Source of the DNA: Candidatus Magasanikiibacteriota bacterium
GTDB lineage: Bacteria; Patescibacteriota; Patescibacteriia; Magasanikbacterales; UBA922
Length of the DNA: 64,000 nucleotides
Reading direction: 5' to 3'
NCBI GenBank assembly: GCA_014729395.1
Contig: WJJZ01000001.1
Coordinates: 3,634 to 67,633, forward strand
A program made the translations under genes and the position numbers. Every line of letters starts with the position of its first letter. The stretch's first letter is position 1. A model generated the notes under the pieces. It was given only the letters and a program-made list of their open reading frames with translations. It did not search any database and was not told where the DNA came from. Below, in pieces: positions 57,671 to 64,000 of this stretch.

Positions 57671-58264
57671 CTAATGAAACAAAGGCCAGCGAACCTGAGT
57701 TACACAAGGACCTTCCAAATTATGTTCCAAGCGACAAGAATTATCGCCACATTGATCAAAACAGCTTGCTTCATAACAAAGCGGAACTCTAACAGTATGC
57801 GGCAAATCGACATAAGAAAGGGTTACAAAGCCGAGCACGTTCGCGATATGAACAACCTTTGGGTTTTTTGTGGTATGAACCAGCACACCCGTAGGGTGTA
57901 ATACCGAAATCGCTCTATAAATCTCAAAACCCAATTTCCTATCCCGATATTCCGGTGGCACAAAAACCGAGCCTAGCTCCCACCACTGTAAACCGTCGTT
58001 TTGACCGGATTCATAAGTGGTGGCAAAACCACATGGATTTTGATTATGACCCAAAAGCAAAGCACAGAGTCCCAACCGAAGTTGATTGAAGACCCGTTCT
58101 TGTTCTTGAATCAAGAGCGGCTCCCCTCTTTCAACCGCTTCTCTTGTCCAATTTGAAATCAAATTAGACAAATACTCCAAACGGTTTTGCAGCACAGGCT
58201 CGTTACCCCTGTATGCGCTAACTTGAAACGGAACACACGAAACCATGTTTGCGCTGATCATCAT
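57671..58264 (-). CDS. GNAT family acetyltransferase with Cys-rich C-terminal tail, elevated GC
   Basis: VFVPPEYRDRKLGFEIYRAI is GNAT motif A. AAAGGAGG precedes the start. GC is noticeably above the flanks. Confidence 0.5.
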   Translation of the reverse strand: MMISANMVSCVPFQVSAYRGNEPVLQNRLEYLSNLISNWTREAVERGEPLLIQEQERVFNQLRLGLCALLLGHNQNPCGFATTYESGQNDGLQWWELGSVFVPPEYRDRKLGFEIYRAISVLHPTGVLVHTTKNPKVVHIANVLGFVTLSYVDLPHTVRVPLCYEASCFDQCGDNSCRLEHNLEGPCVTQVRWPLFH

Positions 58265-58470
58265 ACCTCCTTTTTCAGCTAAATTTTGGTCTCATCTAAA
58301 AAAATCTTAAATCAGACCAAAATTAAAAAATCCCGCCTCTGCGGGACGATTTTATTTTTAAAAACAAAAACTATCCCGCGGGCAGGATCTTCTTCTTTGT
58401 GTCTTTTAAACTTAAAATCAAATTCATATAAAATAATTTTAGCAAAACCAAAACGCTTTGTAAAGTTTAA

Positions 58471-61400
58471 TCAAGGACTGATTTTCTCTGCTTCGTCCAC
58501 TTTTACACTCAAAAGTTTGCTTATGCCATCATTACCCATTGTCACACCATATAAAATATCGGCTGCATGCATAGTAGCTCTATTGTGAGTAATAATAATA
58601 AATTGAGATTGCTCTGCCAACTCACGTAAAATTTTTGTAAAACGCAAACTGTTGGCTTCATCAAGAGCAGCTTCAACTTCATCAAGAACTACAAAAGGAG
58701 ACGGATTAGTGTGCAGTATTGCACACACCAAGGCAATCGATGTCATTGTCCTCTCTCCCCCGGAAAGTGCTTGGATATTTTTAATTTTTTTACCGGGCGG
58801 ACAGGCTGTTATATCTATACCTTGTAAAATTTTCTTTTCCTGTCCTTTTTCTTTTTTAATATTTTTTTCTTCTTCCTCGGACTCATCTTCTTCATCATCT
58901 TTTTCTTCTCCGTATAATTCAATTATATCAGCACTACCCCCTTCAAATAATAATTCAAAATATCTTTTGAATTCAATTCTTATCTGCTTAAAAGCTTTAT
59001 CCCTTTTTTTCTTCATCAACAAATCCAATTCGCTTATTAATTCGCGGGTATCTTTCATAGCTTTTTCCAAATCTTTCAACTGATCATTTAATTCATCATG
59101 ACGTTCTTTGGTCTCTCCATATTCGGAAACAACCTCCTCATCTATACCACCTATCAAAGATAACTTATATTTTAATTTTTGTATTTTTTCTTCAAATTTT
59201 CGCGCTTCATCAACAGAAACAATATTAATATTCTTTTCCACAATGGAATCAATTGAAATTTTCATCTCTGCATAAACTTCATTGCTTAAATTCTCCTGCC
59301 TTGTTTCCAGTTTTGCCAGATCAACCCTGGCTTCATTTCTTTTATCAACCACTTCATTCAATTGTGTCTGCTCAGCCTGCATGGCATCCTGTAAGGCGAA
59401 TATTCTTTCTTTTTTTTCTTCTTCCTCTTTATTAAAATGATTAATTTTATTCTGTATATCCTTCAACTGATTGTCAATTTTTTTGATTTCTCTATCCAAA
59501 TCTTCTTTTTCTTGAGAAACTTTATTCATTGCAACATTAAAATCATCCTTGCTTAATGAGTGCAAGGAAGATTCTTGTTCCAAAGACGCCAATTCTTTGC
59601 TCAGTTTATTTTTCTGAGCTTCAAGAATTTCCTCTTTACTACTTATTGCGCTAAATTTTGACTGCATTTCATACAATTTTTTTTGCTCAGCCTCTTCAGT
59701 TTCTTCCAGTTTATTCAATTTAACTTGCAAACTTTTCTTTTTCTCTTCCAACTCATCAGCTTTATTTCTTGTTAAATAAGGAGAAGAACCTTGGCCAAAA
59801 CTAAGTCCTTTTTGTTTTTTTCTGCGATGCCCACCTTTCATACTGCCGCTTAATTCCATTACATCACCATCAAGAGTAACCATGCGGACTGTACCTATCC
59901 CAATTTTCCGCGCAATGTCCATATCTTCCACTATCAAAGTATTTCCAAATACATATGAAAAAATATCACTAAACTTATCGTCATAATCTGCCAAATCCAC
60001 TGCCAGGCCATGTACCCCTTCCACTCCCAAAAAATCTTCTATATTTTGAGAAATCGGTCTTGGTTTAATTTTGTTTAGAGGTAAAAAAGTAGCATAACCC
60101 TGTTTCTCAACTCTTAAATATTCAATTGCTTTTTGAGCGGTCTTGTCATTATCAACCACTAGAGAAGCTACAGATCCGCCTGTGGCAACATCCATTGCCA
60201 GTTGATATTTTTCATCTACATCGGCCAACTGCGCAACCGCGCCATATACTGTGCCGAACTGGTGTCTTTCTTCTAAAATTACTTGAACCGCTCTAATATT
60301 GGTAAACTGACTGACGGTTTTTTCATACCTGGCTTCAGTTATATCTTGATCCAAACCGATAATGGCGTTTTTTATTTCGGTTTTTTCCGATGATATTTCT
60401 TCCAATTTATTTTTAATTTCCTGAACATTGTTTAAAAATTCCTGTTTCTCTTTTTTTATCTTTTTCAAATCATTCAAACCGGAATATTCCTCCTGTTTTA
60501 AAGATTCTATCTTGTTCGTCAACCAACCCAAGTTTTGTTTTCCGGCTCTGGAATATTCTATCTGCAATTTTCCCTGTAAAACCGCCTTTTCACGTTCCAT
60601 TTCATTTTTTCTTTTCAAAATAGTTTGATAATCTTGCTGTAAAGTCTCAAATATTACTTGTCTGGTTTCTGCCTTGGCCAAAGCTGCCAACTCTTTTTGA
60701 ATGGCGGTTAAGTTTTCCTTACTTTGAGTAAATTCACTATCTACACCTTTTAAAACTTGCTTCAAATTATTAATTTTTTCCTGGTTTGATGTCCAAAGAC
60801 TACTATAATATATCTCTTGAGTTTCTCTTAGTTCCATATCAACCGCTTGTCTTTGTTCCAATTTTTTTACCTGTCTTGATAAACTTTTTAATCTGGGAGT
60901 GATTTCATTCAACAAAATACCGGCTTGTTCAGTATTATCTTTTGTTCTTTGTAATTTTAAAATCGCCTGGTGCCTTTTTATCTGAAATTCTTTGATACCG
61001 GAGGCTTCGTCAAAAAACTGTTTTCTCTCTTGAGGTGTTTGCAATAAAAGCCTATCAATCATACCCTGCCCGATAACACTATAAGAACCCTGACCAAATT
61101 GACATTTTGCCAAAAGTAATTGCAGATCAAGCAAACGAACTCTTTTCGCATTAATATAGTATTCATTTTCTCCGGATCGATATAATTTTCTGGTAATAAC
61201 CAATTCTTCCATTTCAATCGGAGCTTTTTTATCACTGTTATCGAGGGTCATAGTTACGGAACTAGCCCCCATTTTTCCCTTGGATTCAGAACCGGAAAAA
61301 ATTATATCCTGACTTTTTTTGCCTCGCAGAGCTTTTAGACTTGTCTCACCCATTACCCACCGGATTGCATCCGATATATTACTTTTTCCCGCGCCGTTTG

Positions 61401-61512
61401 GCCCTACAATCGCTGTAACACTTTCTCTACCGTCCTTATTTCCTTTGAATTCTAAAACAGTCTTTTGGGCAAAAGACTTAAATCCATTTAGTTCTAGAGA
61501 TTTCAAATACAT
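58471..61512 (-). CDS. smc: chromosome segregation protein SMC
   Basis: N-terminal Walker A (GPNGAGKSN), long coiled coils, hinge, and C-terminal LSGGERT / D-loop. Start placed at MYLKSLELNGF. The ORF track extends to 61560. Confidence 0.9.
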   Translation of the reverse strand: MYLKSLELNGFKSFAQKTVLEFKGNKDGRESVTAIVGPNGAGKSNISDAIRWVMGETSLKALRGKKSQDIIFSGSESKGKMGASSVTMTLDNSDKKAPIEMEELVITRKLYRSGENEYYINAKRVRLLDLQLLLAKCQFGQGSYSVIGQGMIDRLLLQTPQERKQFFDEASGIKEFQIKRHQAILKLQRTKDNTEQAGILLNEITPRLKSLSRQVKKLEQRQAVDMELRETQEIYYSSLWTSNQEKINNLKQVLKGVDSEFTQSKENLTAIQKELAALAKAETRQVIFETLQQDYQTILKRKNEMEREKAVLQGKLQIEYSRAGKQNLGWLTNKIESLKQEEYSGLNDLKKIKKEKQEFLNNVQEIKNKLEEISSEKTEIKNAIIGLDQDITEARYEKTVSQFTNIRAVQVILEERHQFGTVYGAVAQLADVDEKYQLAMDVATGGSVASLVVDNDKTAQKAIEYLRVEKQGYATFLPLNKIKPRPISQNIEDFLGVEGVHGLAVDLADYDDKFSDIFSYVFGNTLIVEDMDIARKIGIGTVRMVTLDGDVMELSGSMKGGHRRKKQKGLSFGQGSSPYLTRNKADELEEKKKSLQVKLNKLEETEEAEQKKLYEMQSKFSAISSKEEILEAQKNKLSKELASLEQESSLHSLSKDDFNVAMNKVSQEKEDLDREIKKIDNQLKDIQNKINHFNKEEEEKKERIFALQDAMQAEQTQLNEVVDKRNEARVDLAKLETRQENLSNEVYAEMKISIDSIVEKNINIVSVDEARKFEEKIQKLKYKLSLIGGIDEEVVSEYGETKERHDELNDQLKDLEKAMKDTRELISELDLLMKKKRDKAFKQIRIEFKRYFELLFEGGSADIIELYGEEKDDEEDESEEEEKNIKKEKGQEKKILQGIDITACPPGKKIKNIQALSGGERTMTSIALVCAILHTNPSPFVVLDEVEAALDEANSLRFTKILRELAEQSQFIIITHNRATMHAADILYGVTMGNDGISKLLSVKVDEAEKISP

Positions 61513-61592
61513 AAACAAGAAAACTTGCCCTATTATACCACGCTTGACATACGGCAACAAGTTGGATATAATTATCTGCTAAAACAAATATT

Positions 61593-62564
61593 ATGTTTCG
61601 TACAGCCAAATTAATAGACAATTCAATCAAAGAATCCAAACACATCTTGCTTGTACCCCACCAAAACCCTGACGGAGACGCCCTTGGGTCTGTTACGGCT
61701 ATGATTAGATATTTTGATAAAAATAAAAAAAAGTATTCCACTTATTGCAAAACCGATATACCGGAAAGATTCGACTATTTGCCTCACAGTCATGAAATTG
61801 GAAACGAAGATTCAGTCTGGAATAATAGCGATATTGATCTGATAATTATACTTGACTCCGGTGATCTAAAATATGCCGGAATCGATGATTACATTAAAAA
61901 AATAAAAAATAAACCAAAAATAATTAATATAGATCATCACGCCACCAATGAATTTTATGGCGATCACAATTTAGTTTTACCCCATGCTTCCTCCACCGCC
62001 GAGGTTCTTTTTAACTATTTTCGTTATAATAGAATTCAAATCTGCAAAAAAATGGCTACTTCTTTGCTTACAGGAATAATTACCGATACTGATAATTTTA
62101 CCAATGCCGCTACTACTGTAACTTCGCTTTCCGCTGCCAGTTATTTGATAAAATCCGGTGGTGACCTTTCTCAAATAAAAGAATCGATATTAAAAGATAG
62201 ATCTCTGGCTTCATTAAAGTTATGGGGTGTGGTTTTGTCCAGATTGACAATGCACGAAAAAACTGAAATCGCCCATACTTATCTTAGTCAAAAAGATTTA
62301 AAAAAACATAAAGTAAACGAAGAAGAAGCCGAAGGTATTGCCAATTTTTTAAATAATCTAAGTGACGGTAAAGCGAGTTTAATTCTAAAAGAAGCTAGTG
62401 ACAATAAAATCAAAGGCAGTCTTCGTACGACAAGAGATGATATTGATGTGTCTGAAATTGCGAAAAAATTTGGAGGAGGAGGACACAAAAAAGCGGCTGG
62501 ATTTACTGTTGATGGACCAATGGATAAAGCAGTGAGCCAAGTATTTAGAGAAATCGGGGAATAA
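61593..62564 (+). CDS. DHH/DHHA1 phosphoesterase (NrnA-like oligoribonuclease / pAp phosphatase)
   Basis: DHH motifs (HQNPDGDALGS, ILDSGD, IDHHATN) and DHHA1 GGGGHKKAAGF. Confidence 0.75.
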   Translation: MFRTAKLIDNSIKESKHILLVPHQNPDGDALGSVTAMIRYFDKNKKKYSTYCKTDIPERFDYLPHSHEIGNEDSVWNNSDIDLIIILDSGDLKYAGIDDYIKKIKNKPKIINIDHHATNEFYGDHNLVLPHASSTAEVLFNYFRYNRIQICKKMATSLLTGIITDTDNFTNAATTVTSLSAASYLIKSGGDLSQIKESILKDRSLASLKLWGVVLSRLTMHEKTEIAHTYLSQKDLKKHKVNEEEAEGIANFLNNLSDGKASLILKEASDNKIKGSLRTTRDDIDVSEIAKKFGGGGHKKAAGFTVDGPMDKAVSQVFREIGE

Positions 62565-62671
62565 GTCACAGTGGTTGTGTGGTCGTAAAAATTGGTGACT
62601 AGCCACGCAAACCTTGAACAAGCACTAAAACCTGCTATACTAATTAAATAATATACTTATATTAACATCGT

Positions 62672-62743
62672 GTCATTCCCGCGAAGGCGGGAATCCAGTA
62701 TGCGGAGTCCGTTCTCCTGGATTCCCGCCTTCGCGGGAATGAC
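62672..62743. repeat. REP-like element: two inverted copies of the GTCATTCCCGCGAAGGCGGGAAT(CCAG) unit around an 18-bp centre
   Basis: GTCATTCCCGCGAAGGCGGGAATCCAG-TATGCGGAGTCCGTTCTC-CTGGATTCCCGCCTTCGCGGGAATGAC. Same unit as 34616-34641. Confidence 0.6.
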
Positions 62744-62836
62744 ATTACAAAAAAATTAATTGACACTAATACTCTATTTTATCTTCTTTTAGAGAAAAAC
62801 AGATATTAACTTAATACCAATTCAAGCAAAAAATTT

Positions 62837-63460
62837 ATGACAACTACAAACACAAAATCCGAATATCCAATCGATATTAAATCACAGCATTTAATTCCAA
62901 CTGTAATTGAAAAAACCAGTCACGGTGAGAGAGCCTATGATATTTATTCCCGTCTGTTAAAGGACAGAATTATTTTTCTTGGCAGCCAAATTAATGATGT
63001 GGTCGCCAATACTGTCATCGCTCAAATGTTATTCTTGGAAAACCAAGATCCTGACAAAGATATAAAACTATATATAAATTCCCCCGGCGGTTCGGTTACA
63101 GCCGGTATGGCCATATATGACACCATGCAGTATTTAAAAGCTGATGTTTCAACCATTTGTATAGGCATGGCCGCCAGCATGGCATCGGTTTTACTTGCAG
63201 CCGGAGCCAAGGATAAGCGATTTTGTCTGCCAAACAGCGAGGTTATGATTCACCAAGTTATGGGTGGAATGGAAGGACAAGCCAGTGATATCAAAATTCA
63301 TGCTGAGAGAATCCTGAAAATTAAGGAAAATCTTAATAAAATATTAGCTAAACACACCGGAAAAGACCTTAAAACCATAGAAAAAGACTCGGACAGAGAT
63401 TATTTTATGAGTGCGGAAGAAGCCACAAAATACGGACTTGTTGACAAGGTGATTGAATAA
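62837..63460 (+). CDS. clpP: ATP-dependent Clp protease proteolytic subunit
   Basis: ClpP catalytic triad context (GMAASMAS Ser, MIHQ His) and overall sequence. Confidence 0.92.
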   Translation: MTTTNTKSEYPIDIKSQHLIPTVIEKTSHGERAYDIYSRLLKDRIIFLGSQINDVVANTVIAQMLFLENQDPDKDIKLYINSPGGSVTAGMAIYDTMQYLKADVSTICIGMAASMASVLLAAGAKDKRFCLPNSEVMIHQVMGGMEGQASDIKIHAERILKIKENLNKILAKHTGKDLKTIEKDSDRDYFMSAEEATKYGLVDKVIE

Positions 63461-63484
63461 AGAGTTGTAAAGTAGTAAGTTGTA

Positions 63485-63512
63485 AAAAACCGTCGTTTCA
63501 GGCGGTTTTTTA
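63485..63512 (+). terminator. putative rho-independent terminator after clpP
   Basis: AAAAAACCG-TCGTTTCAGG-CGGTTTTTT. Confidence 0.4.
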
Positions 63513-63687
63513 ATATAATAAAAATTTGCCTTATTTTAGTAAAATTATGTCGATTTAACCTTGACAAAAGGCCTTTTTTGTGATATAATAATTTGTATTT
63601 TTGTGCCTAATCCTAGCTCTATTTTAGGTCTATTTATAGGCTTGAGATAGGGTTACGAAACAAAAACGTTCTTTACAGGAGGTATGT

Positions 63688-64000
63688 ATGAAAACGCGCA
63701 TAACCATTCTTTCTCTTTTTCTTGTATTCCTAACAGGTATTTTGATCGGTTCATTTCTAGGTGCTGAGAAAAAAGATATAGAGCATCAAAATCTAAGAAC
63801 CAAGAAAATGCAGGATAAGAACCCGGTAGTCATGTTCCCGAGCTTAGATCCCGATGGTGACAACTGGTTTTCTCAGGGGGACCAAAGTACCCGGCCCGAA
63901 GCCTTGTGCGAAGGATGGCCGGAATGCGAGATCGCCATGCGTTCCAGCGGACTACTCGGTGGTGGTGACTGTGACAATTTTTCATTTGATGACCCAAAGT
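63688..64000 (+). CDS. secreted hypothetical protein, N-terminal part only (runs off window), elevated GC
   Basis: GGAGG 5 nt before the ATG. MKTRITILSLFLVFLTGILIGSFLGA signal-peptide-like N-terminus. No stop before the window end. Confidence 0.45.
   Translation, partial: MKTRITILSLFLVFLTGILIGSFLGAEKKDIEHQNLRTKKMQDKNPVVMFPSLDPDGDNWFSQGDQSTRPEALCEGWPECEIAMRSSGLLGGGDCDNFSFDDPK

Overview
The window reads as a low-GC (roughly mid-30s percent by eye), gene-dense bacterial chromosome segment, mostly minus-strand. Gene content: (1) ftsA, dgkA and ybeY at the left edge. (2) A minus-strand surface-protein locus: a 678-aa Ig-like protein, a 3612-aa giant Cys-rich multidomain protein, then three small membrane proteins with thrombospondin-type-3-like Ca-binding motifs. 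(3) yqeY, rpsU, hisS, lepB, tRNA-Ile and tRNA-Val. (4) rpsP and a KH-domain gene, then rpsL-rpsG-fusA. (5) An M50 protease, rpmB, and two tandem tRNA-Pro genes. (6) A compositionally atypical stretch (27.6-32.0 kb): an ATP-grasp ligase, a class I glutamine amidotransferase, a small high-GC ORF flanked by 21-bp direct repeats, ndk, and a ~60% GC hypothetical gene. (7) A UvrD-like helicase and tgt. (8) adk, secY, a complete S10-spc ribosomal protein run with no L30 gene between rpsE and rplO, and tuf. (9) A stand-alone 16S rRNA gene with its own consensus promoter and terminator. (10) trmD, an EgtD-like methyltransferase, an HD-domain (p)ppGpp-hydrolase-like gene, an M20 peptidase, a GNAT gene, smc, a DHH phosphoesterase, clpP and a partial secreted protein. 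Taken together, the missing L30, the divergent 16S (515F-site mismatches), the unlinked 16S, the K/E-rich tails on ribosomal proteins and the giant surface proteins suggest a Candidate Phyla Radiation / Patescibacteria-type genome. This is inference, not proof. The main candidate for a novel system is the surface-protein locus: both large proteins begin with the same signal-anchor plus two-helix module, which resembles a VirB2/TrbC-type pilin, and the three small Ca-binding membrane proteins sit immediately downstream. I also see a family of four 160-225 bp intergenic elements bounded by terminal inverted repeats and carrying DnaA-box-like 9-mers, several perfect TTGACA-N17-TATAAT promoters, REP-like palindromes, and likely horizontally acquired genes that carry strong Shine-Dalgarno sites.
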